Source: Sphagnum compactum (Eukaryota). From it: a DNA stretch of 64,000 bases. Both the position numbers and the translations under genes were made by a program. Location of the stretch: the NCBI GenBank assembly GCA_965153455.1, contig OZ234493.1, positions 3,844,001 through 3,908,000 on the forward strand. The letters are read 5' to 3'. Of this stretch, positions 1-13,400 are shown piece by piece (the first letter of the stretch is position 1; every line of letters begins with the position of its first letter). A model generated the notes under the pieces. That model saw nothing but the letters and a program-made list of their open reading frames with translations. It was not told where the DNA came from and searched no databases.

Positions 1-339
1 ACTGATTTTTTTAATTTTTTTAATTTATGGTTTTCACTTAAGGCACTCCTTCCTTTGGGTATGCACTTTTGTGCATATTTTTGTGGGGTTTTCATCACAA
101 TATTTTTGCTAGGGTTGCACCATGGACTACATCGGATGTTTTCTAGGGCTTTCACACTTTCACACTTCATTTTTTCTCGCTTAATTTTTTTAGTGTGTTT
201 TATTTGTTCTTGCATTTTTATTATTAGAGTTTCATTTAGATTTCTTTTGAGGTTTCATTTAATGTGCCATTTAGGATTCATGTGGAATTGGAACAATAGT
301 GTAGTTTGTGATGATGCAATTTTCATTGCATCCTCCATT

Positions 340-1002
340 AATGAAACCTTAGACCATGAGATCAAGTGGCTTACTATGGAGGAACATGCTACACTTGGTA
401 TGCATATTCCTGAGTTCCACAATTGTATCGGGTTCATTGATGGGATTTTCATTGAAATCCGCAAGCCCTAGAACAATGATGCATCATGATCCATCAATGA
501 TGTTGTATAAACAACACATTTGTGATTGACCATTGTGGATTGTTCATTTACCTTGATAGTGAATATCCTTCTTCCATGCATGATGTGACCATCTTGTGCG
601 AATATGATTTGTGCAAAACTTGGCTTGAATGTATTATGCATACAAATGACTATTTCAAATATCTATCGGGTGACCTAGGTTATATGGATGAAGAGATGTT
701 TGTGATGGGCAGCTTGAGAGGCATGAACTTGCCCCTAGCCATGACCTAATGTAGTGCATGCATATCATAAAATGCATGTGGGGTATAAAGTGCAAATGGA
801 ATGGGGAATTAGTGGATTGAAGCGGAAATGGAAAATATTCATGAAGCATTTCAATTCCACAAAACCCAAGTACAATCATTTGTTCAAAACTACAACTATT
901 TTGATTAATTTCTTACATAAACATCACATAAACTTCACATATGAAGTTATTGGGGAGCACATAGACAATCTAGTTTATTATGATTGGGATGAAAACTTTT
1001 AG
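340..1002 (+). pseudogene. Degenerate PIF/Harbinger (HARBI1-like, DDE_Tnp_4) transposase
   Basis: Three broken ORFs give, in order, NCIGFIDGIFIEIRKP, IDHCGLFIYL..YPSSMHDVTIL, YLSGDLGY and KVQMEWGISGLKRKWK. These match the GxIDG / PGSxHD / GDxGY / RxxVExxIGxLKxxW motifs of Harbinger transposases, with stops and frameshifts between them. Confidence 0.8.
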
Positions 1003-3499
1003 TTACAAGTTTAACATTTCCTTAATCTGAGCCTTAAATTTTTCATCTATCAAAACTCTTAGGTTTTTAGTTGTTTTGATATTACTGAGCCTAACCTACT
1101 TCTTCTTTTTTATATTAACCTCCATTTTGAAAATAAAAAAATAAAAAATCTCAAAAATTTCATGAGAATTTTGATGAATTGAATAAAAAACTTGTATTAA
1201 TCATTTAGATGAATAAATACTAAAACATTTAAAATCAGAACAATGAAAATATGAAAATTGATACATATTACTAAATGTGAATTACAGTTCACATTTCATA
1301 TCATATATAGGAAGAGAAGGAAATCTTTGTGGAAGAAAGGAAGGAACTTTTGTAACTAAAAAATAATGAAGACGTATAAATAATGGATGAAAATAAAATT
1401 ATATATATACATATACTAGACTGAAATATTTGAAAACCCCATGTACCAAACTTTAAAAACTTGAATTGCCAAAATATTCTTGTAACCTATAATTAATTGA
1501 TTCAACATTTGCTTATTGAAACTTAGATCATCCATACCATGGATAACATCATCGTAACATTTTATTTTTCTTCTTGGTTGAGCAAGGAACTAATTGCAAT
1601 TGGAATTAATTAATCTCAAATCCAAATAATTGGGGCTAGTTTTTTACAAGTTTTCTAGAGTTTAATTTTTTGCAAACATGCTACCAATTAATGCTAAATA
1701 TTTTTTGAAAAAATTGCTAATGATTTTTTTTATATAAAATGTTTTAAAAAAACTAGTTTGCACAACCCAAATGAGAAATTGAAGTTGAAATTGGTACCTT
1801 CTTGATATAAATATATTATAATCTTCCAAAAATAGATGCAATGACATGTATATATAGTCTATAATTCTTGTTATGGTGGAAGATAAATTTGATGAACTCC
1901 TAATAGCCACTTGACTTCTTACCTTCATCCAAAAACTAAATCAAAAGACTAGTCAATCCAATTACGTTAATTGTTAATGTGATATAGGTAGTGTGACCAC
2001 TATTAATTAAATACAAGGAAACCCATGACCTTTTGTTTTCTTTTTTTGGGTGGTTAGCCTCTTTGATTGGTCCATCACCCCTGAAAAAAAAAACCCACTC
2101 ATAGTATATTTCTAAAAATAACATGTCCACATTGCCCACTTATCTAAATGACAACTAAAAGCTTTTTAAAACCTTCACAACTACCAAATCAATGTTCCTG
2201 TAAACAAAAGTTTTATTTATAATAAGCATGCATGATGCATTTCAAAAGCATAGTTTTGGAACAACTCTTTGTATGAATAAGGATGAACATGGTTTCTTCC
2301 ATTATTGGGCAATTATTAAAAATCAAGTGAAAACTAACCATGTTTTAACACCAATTTTCACCATGAAAACTAGCAAGTATCACCCAAATTGATATGAGAA
2401 CTAGACTATTGGTTTTCACTATAGTGAGAATTGGACCCCTAAGATTTAGCCCTTTTTCATGTTGGAAAGTAATACCCATGCAAGGTATCAAAGTGAAGTA
2501 GGGTTCAATTTTCAAGCATTAAGGTTTATGGTCTAGGGGTTTTGGCTATGTTTACAACACATGGTTTAGGACATTTAATTTAAGGTGTTTAAAGTTTATA
2601 TCATTGTCATGTTGCTTCTTATTGCATTTTTCACTTTTGAGAATTAAATGAAGCCCAAGCTCTTGTTTGGGCCCCATTTTTTTCTTCAATCTTGTTTTTT
2701 TCTTCATGTTTTGCATACTTCACTTTCTCTTACTTTTGATTCATTTTCATCTACTTTCGTTTTGTTCTTCCTTGCGATGTTCTTGTGATTATTTTATTTT
2801 GATTTTGCTTTGTTTTGCTCTTGCTTGCAGTTGGTTTTTATTTTGCTTCTTCTCACTACTGTTTCCTACTTCGCTCTTGTTTATTTTTGGTTCAAACTAC
2901 ATTCTTGTTTGGCTCTTGCTTCATTATCGCTATGCTTGATTCCTAGTGTTAAGTCTTTTCTTGTGTTCATCTTTTGTTGGCTCTTGTTTCACTCAACTTC
3001 TATTGCACTCATTTTCTTCATGTTTCATTAATTAGCTTTAGCTCAACGTTCCCCCATGAACTTGATTTGAATTATTGTTTTTATTTCACTCTTGTTACAT
3101 TTGGTTCTTAGTCAAGATGGTATTTTTCTTTTTATCTTTGCTTTGTGCAAGTTTGGGAACTAGGAAGTGGAACCAACAATGTTTGTGGTTAGTGATAAGT
3201 TGTCAAGGATAAGACAAATATACAACTTGAAAAATATTATATGAACTTGTCAAACAATAAACTTAACAATAAACAAAAATTAAAAACACTTCGTTATTTA
3301 AATAAGACATGATGCAAACTAAGCATGAAATGAAGTCACTACACCAAAACATGATTTTCATGATTAGGACAATTTAAGACTATTGTCCAATTGTAATCAT
3401 GTAATCAAGTTTGGACTTGAGTCATTATCACTTTTTCAATTACAATCATTATTAGGACTACATGATTATAATTACAACTACATAACTAGTATTCATGTT

Positions 3500-5020
3500 G
3501 AACATAGTTAACCTTGTTTGACCAACTACTGAAAAAACTATAAAAAATTAAACCAAATTTAATTTAATTTACTTGGGTTTAACATAAGTAAAATAATGTC
3601 ACCAAATTTAATTTACTTTAGCCTAATTTTGTCTAAACAACCTAGTCCAACCAAGTTTAATTTAAGTGATTAATTTAGCCAAGATTATACTATTTAAACC
3701 TTAGTATCCAAGTTTTACAAAATTTTGAATCTTACCAAGTTTTGTTTAAGTAACCTAATTTAACATAATTTAACAAATTATAACCTATTTTAGTGTAATT
3801 TAGATTAAATAACTTAATTTTGCCAAATTTAGACAAGGTTGATTTAGCCCAAGTAATTTAATTTAGCCAATTTTAATCAAATATAGATTACTTTAAACAA
3901 AACAACTTGATTTTGCCAAGTTTAAACAAGTTTACCCAAAATAATTTACTTGAGCCTAATTTAGTGAATTTTAATTAAGTTTAGTGAAGTTTGATTTAAA
4001 TAATTTATTTTACCCAAATGTATTCAAGTTTAACATAAATATCCTAGTTTAGCCAAATTTAAACAAGTTTCGCTGAGTTAATTCAAACAACATACTTTAA
4101 TCAAGTTTAACCAAATCATATATATTATTTCACTAAGTTTGTTTGTGCGTCTGTCGAGGTGCCAATTTGAGGGGCCAATTTCAAAGTACCAATTTGAGGA
4201 GACAAAAACCCAGATCCCGTCTGTCCATCTGTCAATGTCCTGAAACCCAGATCCCGTAAGTCAGTCTGTCGAAGTCCTGAAACCCAGATCCCGTCTGTTC
4301 GTCTGTCGAGGTCCTGAAACACAGATCCCAAATTGTAAAAGTAAAATAACCGCCCAAAAACCTGCCTGGCTCCTCTTTTCCGGGCTTTCGTGAAACCCGG
4401 CAGTTCTGTGAGGTTTTTTTGAAATAACCAGAACCGGCAGCGGTTCTTTGATTCTGAATTTTTTTTCAAATACCCGGAACTTGTGATTCTTTGACTCCGA
4501 GTTTTAATTCTTTTAATTCCCATTTTACAAATACCCAGACGTGGAGGTTATTCAACATATCAAATACCCGCCCAACACTGCTTATATAGTACACAGACAG
4601 AACAACAACAAGAGTTATTAATTGGTTGAAACAATTAACGAGTACCCACTAGTTTAACCTAAATAATTTATATTATACAAGTTTAAAGGTTTAAGGTTTA
4701 ATCAAGTTTAACTAAGTTTCAACAAATTTAACTTAAAGAACACATATTATTGAAATTTAATCAAATTTAACATAAATAACTTGCTTTAGTCACCTTTAGC
4801 CTAATTTAACCAAGTTTAATCAAGTTTAGCCAAGTTTAACCTAAATAACATATTTAAACCAATTTTAGTTTAAGTTAAATTTAAATAATTTAGTTTGGTC
4901 AAAGTAGGCCTAAATTAGACTAGGTTATTTAATTTTAGCCTAGAAAAACCTAGTTTTGCCTCAAATAACATTCGTTAGCCTAGGCTAAATTATTAAATGG
5001 CCTAGGTTAACTTAGGCTTT
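3500..5020. repeat. Degenerate AT-rich satellite-like array (about 10-bp AAGTTTAACC/AAATTTAACC-type units)
   Basis: Many diverged copies of caagtttaac/caaatttaac/ctaaataa on both sides of the insertion at 4116-4652. Confidence 0.7.
4116..4652 (+). mobile_element. Non-autonomous mini-Helitron
   Basis: Starts A|TCATATATATT...GTGCGTCTGTC and ends TTAATTG..CAATTAA hairpin + CGAGTACCCACTAG|T. Inserted at an AT dinucleotide with no TSD. Removing it restores the satellite unit (caagtttaaccaaa|tttaacctaaataa). Termini resemble those of the large Helitron at 48540-56757. Confidence 0.8.
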
Positions 5021-5071
5021 ATTTTGTTTTTCTGTATATCATTCTAATAACTATGTTTATTACAATTAAAA

Positions 5072-5140
5072 TGTGATGGTACAATGGTTTAAAAACGTGA
5101 ACCCTCAAAGCGGAGGTGAAGGGTTCAAGTCCTTTTACTT
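5072..5140 (+). repeat. tRNA-like (SINE-head-like) remnant
   Basis: A-box-like TGGTACAATGG (5077-5087) and B-box-like GGTTCAAGTCC (5122-5132) at tRNA spacing, but no intact cloverleaf. Confidence 0.4.
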
Positions 5141-6161
5141 TCATCCTATATACTATTTAGGATTCTAAAAATAGGTGTTTAACCTAAATCGTTTAAACTA
5201 GGTCCCAAATAACTATATTTGACTAATAATTGATTACCGCATGGCATCATAAATTGAACAAAAAATAATAATATCCTTATTTCATATTGCCACAAGTCAA
5301 CTCATAAATAAATTAATAAAATCTTGAATTCATCCTAGTCTGTCATGTTGCCACAAGAGATTAGTCAAAACAAATTATTATATTTTAAGGTGAAAACATG
5401 ATAAAGTATACACAAAAAGTAGTGTAAGCAACAAAATATTGGGTCCCTAAATAAAAGGATTAACAAATAGATGATTTTATGGGGATAATAAAAATAAATT
5501 GGGTACATTATTTCTTAACTCTTGTTTGCATGGACTTCAAAAGTTAAATTGTTACAATCATGTTTTTTAAGCTATTTGCAAGTACTTGAATTGGACCTAA
5601 AATTTGTGACAATTTGAAAAATAAAGTTCAAGTATTTGAGAGTAGGTGAAATGTTTTTGCAAATATTTGGTTTTTTTTAAGCACTTCAATATTGATGTGG
5701 TGAACATTCTACTATAATTGTTTTTTAGTTAATCAAGTTTGTTTTCATAACTAAAATCATCCCCAACCCCTAAAAAATGGGGGATACTTTTAGGGTATTT
5801 TTTAAAGTCCAAATGATATGACACAAATTGCTTTTAAAAGTTAAAGGGAAGCTAAAGATGCCCATGGAAAAATAAATAATAATATTAATAAATATAAAAT
5901 AAAAAATTGAAATGCTAAAGGAAGGTTAGAAGTTCAAAAAACCGTTTTTCTTCATGTTTTCATGTTTTCAAGTAAAAAACAAGGTAACAAGTATGTACAA
6001 AATATTTTGCTTGCACCCTTTAAAATTAAATCTTGGTCGTTGGAAATGTCCTCCATGATTGTGGTAAATATGATTACAATCATAAAGGACATAGTTGCAA
6101 ATGGCATTTATGACTATGCCATTTTTGCAACTAGTGGTAAATACAACGTGGACGTTTAGAC

Positions 6162-7361
6162 CAATGTTGGATGAGTATCACAATTTTATGATACTCATTG
6201 GGTCTGGTTTTCACAAAGTAATTTACAAAAAGGTCCCGTTCTTCCCCCAAAAAAGTTCTTAAATTTTTTACATCGGGCAAGGGTATCAACATTAAAAAAA
6301 TAAATGACACTAGTTCTCACAAACCGGGTATTGTTTTTTATTTTTAAAAATTAAAAATTAATTAAAATTAAAATTAAGATTAAATAATTTATTGATTTGA
6401 TTTCTTTTTTAAACGACAATTCTGGCTTTTTGAAAAAACTCAGAATCAAAGGACCTTTGGTTCAAGGTTTTTGAAAGATTTTAAAAATAAATTCCAGTTT
6501 TGAATTTTGAAATTTTTTCAAAAAACCTAACTAGTTTTATGGAAGAACTGTAAAAGAACTAAAGCTTTGGGGGCTAGGTTTTTTAACCAATTCTTTTGGT
6601 TTTTTGAAATTTATAGTTATTCAAGGTTTTAAAGGTTTTCAGTTGCCAAAGTTTTAAAAAATATTTAAATTTTTTAGAATTTGCCAGATTTTATCCTAAG
6701 TTCTAGTACATAACCAAAAATATAGTTCAATTTTTTCTTTCAGTTATTTGTTTTTTTATCGTCATAATCTGGCTAAATAATCACTTTAGCTACATCATGA
6801 AATTAAAGAGAAAAACACTCATTTAGTCGGAAGTTGAAAGATTAACCCGATAATAATGTTAACTTTCCAAACATCATTATCGTTTGACCTGGCATAACAT
6901 TAATAAGTAGCTACCACCAAATATTAACCCTTCCTTGGATGTCCCATCTCCCAAGGCAAATTAAACCTGATAGGCAAATTTTGATGTGGGTCTAGTGATG
7001 AAGGTGTCCTTCCTTTAACCCTAATTAAATTAGGTTGATTTAACACCATACCTCCAAAGTTCAAACCCATGGTCCATGAATGATCAACAAGATCCAATCA
7101 GTAAAACGTTGTTCCATAATCGTAACTTATTTCTCATTGCTTGTATTAATTTTTCATGACGAGTAAACCTTGAAACCTTGACCTGATTCTCATATTTTCT
7201 TTAAAAAAATAAAATTTGGTTCTCACATCCAGTTCTGGTGATTTGGTTTTCAATCAGGGTATCACTCATGATGATACCCATGGAGGGGCGGGATTAGATT
7301 GGGATGCTTGGGTGATATTCGGGTGATGCTTGGGAGTATTTATGATACCCACCCAACAGTG
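6162..7361. mobile_element. Non-autonomous hAT-type element (old MITE-like copy)
   Basis: Imperfect TIRs CAATGTTGGATGAGTATC / GATACCCACCCAACAGTG, flanked by an 8-bp near-perfect TSD GTTTAGAC (6154-6161) / GTTTGGAC (7362-7369). Confidence 0.65.
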
Positions 7362-10039
7362 GTTTGGACTAGTAGTCATGTAGTTATTGTTAATCATGTA
7401 TGTGGTTTATAATTATGACGCTAATTGCTTATTTAATCCTATTTATCATGTTTTAATGTGATGAGTATGAGTACAAGGACCACAACTTGTATTAACAAAA
7501 TTGAAAGGTGGTTTTTTAAAAACTTTTATTTATACTATCCAATGAAACCTTTAAAAAATTCAACAACTTCGTAAAAAGTTTTACTAATCAATCGTTTACA
7601 AAATTTTATAAGCAAGTGTATAAAATAACATACTATAACTTTTTTGTTAACCACGTTTTCTAAAAGTTTTCGTCAATTATGTTTTTTAAAAGTTTTTGCC
7701 AATTGCATCTTTTATAAAATTATTTTATCAACTATTTGTTGACTTCATTTTTTAGAAGTTCTACCAACCACATATTTTGGAAACCTTTAACAACAATTAT
7801 TCTAAAAATTTGTTAATTATTTAAAAAACTTATAAGCAAACTTCTAAAAAACCTCATTTATCGTTTACTATTTATGACATTACCCTTTTTCTTAATGACA
7901 TGCTTTACACATTATGCCAAAATGTGATATATATTACTTCACATATGATTATGTTTATAAATGATAATATATGACATTAATGATTACATGACTATGTAGT
8001 AAAATGAACTAGCAATTTAGAAGATGTCAATAGAGTAATATTGATTTTTCAATAAGTATGAATCCATGTTTCATATTATTAGTCTTCTTATTCACCAAAT
8101 ATTAGGCATTATGGGATCATAAATTGAAATTAAAATGATTTTTTTAGTTGACATACTTATTAATATAAGGAGATTTTGTAATCATAATTTTTTTAAAATT
8201 TAGTATTTTGTGAGCAAAAATTGGCCTAATGATCCTAGGGTTGGTTGTAAATTACCTTTGAATTTAGTGGAGTTAATTGAAACATATGTCTATACTTGGA
8301 ATAAGAGTTGAAAGAATATTTGAAGGTTTATTTGATTGGGATGAAGTTATGGACATATAAAATTTTACATTTTCAAATTATTATTATGAAATGATGCAAT
8401 TTTCAAATTTTCAAAAAATTGCTTGATTGTTTTTATTTTCCTGTGATATTTGCTAAAATATTTCCCAAAATTTTAACTGGAAATAATAGTATTTGAAAAT
8501 CGACTTGTGAAACCACCTTTGAAAACCAACAAACATAAATTTACGAGGATTGGTGTTTTTAAAACCAACATTTTTTTTCCACAAGAGTCTAATGCATAGT
8601 TTAAAAAATGAAAACCACCCAACATTAATTTTTTCTGTATGTGTACCAAAAAAACAAAAAAGACTTTCAAACAATTCTTTTGTAGTGAATTTTCACCATG
8701 TGGCAAAAAAAAAAAACTTGACAAACGGCCTTGAAGATTTTGAGCCATAGGATATGAAAAATTGCCATAATGCAACAACATAGATGTGTGGAATAGCCAT
8801 CATTTCAACCAATGATTTTGATCACATGCTGCCCGCATTAACCAACCCTTTTCGTTGGATGTTAAAAGTATGATTTGCGATAGGTCACCATTGCATTTCA
8901 CTCCTTCGAATGTGGCTCCCATCATTGACATTGATGAAAACTCAAAATCAAGGTTTTTTATTTGCATTGATTTAATATTTTAAAAGTTTAATATCGCAAA
9001 AGTTTAATGTTATAATAAAATGAAGTTTTACTTTTGTGCCTTGATAGATTTAATATTGAATGTTCATATTGGGTTAGTTGCAATGGTGAAAACTGCAACA
9101 AAGGTAGAATGCAAGGGTACAATTCTTTCGTTTCTAAGTGTAAGCTTGGAAAGCTAAAGCCCATGAACTTTTTTTAACAATTACTATTGTTCTTACCTTG
9201 ATCACATTGTTTATGATGTTACATTCAAGATCAAATATTTGATGTTTGTAGCTCTTTCAATGTTCAAAATGGCACAACAAGAAGGTATTGACATATTCTT
9301 GTTTTCTGAAAGTATACGTGAACTTGGATTTCCTTATGATTAGAATTGCAAATTATAAAATATGTTTATGGAATCTTGAAGAGTTGACACATCGAATATT
9401 GGAATGTTGCAAGTTGTAATGTTTTGAAAATCTGAAATGCGATTTAACATCATGTTCATTGTCCAAGTTTTTCACTATCTCAATGTTCATTGATTTTTGT
9501 TGTTTACATATACTAAATTCCTTTTTGAGTAAAATCTCACTTATCTAAGAATCCTAAGTGTTGTGAATGTTCTATGTGTTTTTCGAAACTTAAGTCTTAT
9601 AAGTGTTGTGTGAATTTTGTGTGTTATGTGACTTGAGTCTTGTGTAAAACATAAGTGCATCATGTCAAGAGATGAACGTTTGTTTCAATCGTGCATAAGA
9701 ACATTTGTGTTTATTTGTGAATACCTATGTCATTTTAAGGTTTTGTATTTTGACTATGGTGCCCTTTTAGGTTTTGACAAACTTGAACTTCCATTTTTTT
9801 TTGATCCATTTTGGAGCCACTAATCCTTTTTGTAACAATACAAACCTCAATTCTCCAAATCCAACAAAACCTACTATGTCACCTAATGTGATCCTAAGTT
9901 TTTTTTATGTTTGTTCCTTTGGCTAAAACATTTCAAATGGTAAAAGAAAAGGTTTGTGAGAAAATTGTTATATGCCTTTCCATAAATCATATGGAACCCA
10001 TAATCATTGAATCAAAGGAAAAAAAATTTAAAAATTCAA

Positions 10040-10495
10040 AATAGGAAATTAATAGGGTTTATTAAGACAGATGGGTTACAAAGGTTATTTGGTCTCAACT
10101 TATTTATGGGAGGGGGAAGGAGGGGGGTGGGGGGTGGGTTGATAAGATGATGATCGTGAGGTGCAAGGTTTGCTCCAAGATTGAGGGGGAAAATAAATTG
10201 CTAGTTCCAAAGTTTGATTCTTTCACCAAACATTCAAGTTTAAAGAAGTGTTTTTGTTAAACCCAGAATGGTTGTTGGTGCATATTATGTAAACCCCAAC
10301 AATGCACATGTGAAAAATGAGAAATTGTACATTTCCGTAAGGCATGACACTTCAACTAACAAGGCAAGGAAGGCAAAGAAGAAGAAGAAATATGTGCAAT
10401 TTGTTGCCATATGGCATTTGCTAAAACAAGGACGTCTAATGGTTGATTTTGAAAACTTCTTTTATTTGAACCAATTTATCTTACTAAGGATATGA
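10040..10495 (+). pseudogene. Probable hAT-like transposase N-terminal remnant
   Basis: Broken reading: VRCKVCSKIEG..LLVPKFDS..KH..KKC, then MVVGAYYVNPNNAHVKNEKLY and KKKYVQFVAIWHLLKQGRLMVDFE. This resembles the Zn-finger region of ZNF862-like hAT transposases. A possible C-terminal scrap (KNWPNDPRVGCK) lies at about 8215-8330. Confidence 0.4.
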
Positions 10496-13400
10496 TACAA
10501 GAAAAGGTTATATTTCTAACTTCCCCTCGTTCAAAAACAATGCACTTTCTTTGTTTTCTTTCCCTCTTTTTCCCATATTCCCATGCTTTTGTGTATGTCT
10601 TGTAAAACAATGGAAAATTAAAAGCCATTCCCTTTTATAATGGTCTTGTTTTCTCGGTTTATAAGAGTTTTGATTACTTTGGTTGGATGCGTGGCTTGTT
10701 CTTTTTTGGTTGTAAGATTACGCGAGTCCTCTTTTAGCCTTTCACCAGTAGAAACTTGATTTGATGAAGCTCAATTGCACATATATATATATATGCTTTC
10801 ACATAGAAAAAAAAACCCGAGGATGTAATTTTCATTTAATTTGAATGCCTTTTGTTGTGCATGGTCATGAAATGAAACAAACATAGATCAACAATTCTTC
10901 ACATTTTATAGTCACAAAACCTCCCAATGTTGAAACATTTTTTGCCATAATGTTACATTGCTCAAAATCCAATAGCTCGTCAATCTTAAATATCGAAAAA
11001 AGATTTAACCACTTGAAAATACAACAATTTAAGATTTAACACTAGCAAGTTATGAACATACACAAATTATTGGTAGCCACGTAAGAGAAAAATATTCCTC
11101 ATGTAGCCAATTGGATCCACCTACCCCGCAAAAAAAAATCACCTTTGACATAAAAGCACTCATAGTTTGTAGCCAACCAACCTACCTCGCAAATTTGAGA
11201 AAAAAAACACTACCTACTCTACAAACATGTCAACATTCAATGTTCAATCCCTCTTGAGATGATGCTCATGTATGGCACAACATAATACATTTGAAAAAAA
11301 ACACTACAATGAACCCAAGAAATGACTTATGAAATTAAAAAAGTATAGAAAAACATCCATTGCCACTAGTGCATGACGGTCCAATTGGCTTTGCCATGCT
11401 ACCCTCCCCAAAATAAAAAGACTATGCATATTTACTTTGTACCCATTACAAAAAAGAAACTACCCAAACAAACTTTAGTGACATCCTGGGGAACGGAACA
11501 CTTGGGGAGCCTAATGGGAACCATTGAGAACAAATTGGGAACAGAAAAAACATACACCCCAATTGTATGTTTTTTGTTTGGAAGCACAACACCAGACCTA
11601 ACCTGACAAGCCATTGGCACTCCCAAGTCAAGCTCATTGGGTAGAGGGCCAGCAGGTACTTTCTAAACTTTGGCATTGCAGGAATCTACAAAATTGAACC
11701 ATGCATGATTGGAAATTCGGGACGCATAGGTAAAATCATGAAAACTAGCATCAACCTATTATAAGGTTTAGATCTTATGTGTCCTAGACACATGTTCTGT
11801 CATGTGGTTTTCAAGTTTCCAGATTAAAAAAATTATAATAACAAGGTTGAAAACATCGGTTAGAAGTTGCCTGAATGTTCGTGACACAACTGACCGAAGG
11901 CAGATAGTCCCTGTGTATGCATCTATATGCAAGGTCTTTCCCCGCCCTTGTGTTCAAATACCTTGTACCTTACACAAACATCACATCATAAACAAACATT
12001 AGTATTTTCATAGTTGCTCAAATTTCAAGTGTCCTAGCTTAACTTGATAATAACCAATGGTTAGTGCCCAAGAAAAATTATCAGGCCCCATTGAGTGCCT
12101 GGCAAGCCTGTCACAAAACCCACCAGGCACATCCACCAGGACAACATATGAAAATTCCCCTGATATGGTGTGCACAAAGTCGCAACAGGTGCTACATTTA
12201 TGGATGATGTGGAACCCCTAACAAAGTGTGAATGCTCATTACAAAAAATTCACAGTTTGTTTCCATTTCATATCATTACTACATCACAAACTGACCATGA
12301 AGAGCCACCAAATTTTGAGACATAATACCACTACAGGTTTGAGAATCAATGTTTCCCCTTCAACTACACTTATGACAGAACACCACCAAAAGAAGCAACT
12401 CACACCTTGCTTTAAGTGACAGCACAAACTTGTTTGCCCCAATTTCTGCAGGTGGTAACTCAGAGTATAACATAACAGCCAAACAGAGAAGATGACACAT
12501 AGAATTTTCAGTTTCATGCAAAAGTAAAATCAAACAGAGAATTCCATGTTTCATCTTCTTATATCCAGCATGATTGCGCACACATATTACCATCACGATT
12601 GTTTGTAGAGTAAAAAGCATCCATGGCCATCCACCATTATCATATTATCTGTCATACACATTTGACGTGCCACCATCAGGTCACCCAATTTTAGTGTTAG
12701 CTCACAAAGGGATCGTTTTATATCCTTGATTCATAAGACAGAATGGTACATACTCTCTGATTAACTTACAGGGAGAGTCCCTGCAGCAGGAAGAACAAAA
12801 GCAACAAGGTAGAAGAAGAAATACCAATCTAATCTGACAGCTGCAGGAAGTCCATCAGCTTGTACATTTTAATAGCTCAAGCATAGTGAGTTGTTTTAGC
12901 AAAGATCAAGCCCAGGGCTCACAATAACCAAAAGGGAGGGGAATCAGTAGAACGCCCTGGGAGAATTAAAGTTGAAATGAAATCCACACATGTAGCGCAA
13001 CACTGCATAAAACACACAGTGGAAACGAGGCTTCTTTCAGGGTTTTACAGCATTGATTCTCAAATTGAATACCTCGGATGGGAAGAGCAGAAGGAATTCA
13101 GGGCAATCCAGCAGAGATACCATTTCTGGTCCACTTATGCACAATACAGCAAACAGCACTTAGGGGACTGGAGCTCTCTATTCAGCCATTCCTGCAGTGA
13201 CTGATGCAACACAGTCAGACAGAGAGGGAGTAAGAAGATGCATTCTTCACAATACTAGAGCTGAAATGACACTAAGATGCACATCATTTTTCCATCACAA
13301 TGGAGATGAAGTTGAAGAATATACATAATATTGATCTCCACAATAACAAACACTTTGTGTAGTTACAACATCACATGAGTGCATTCATAATCTTATGAGA

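Noticed and set aside
5072-5140. Possible tRNA gene (a similar motif lies at about 58810-58875)
   Set aside because: Only A/B-box-like motifs; acceptor and anticodon stems do not form. At best SINE-like remnants.
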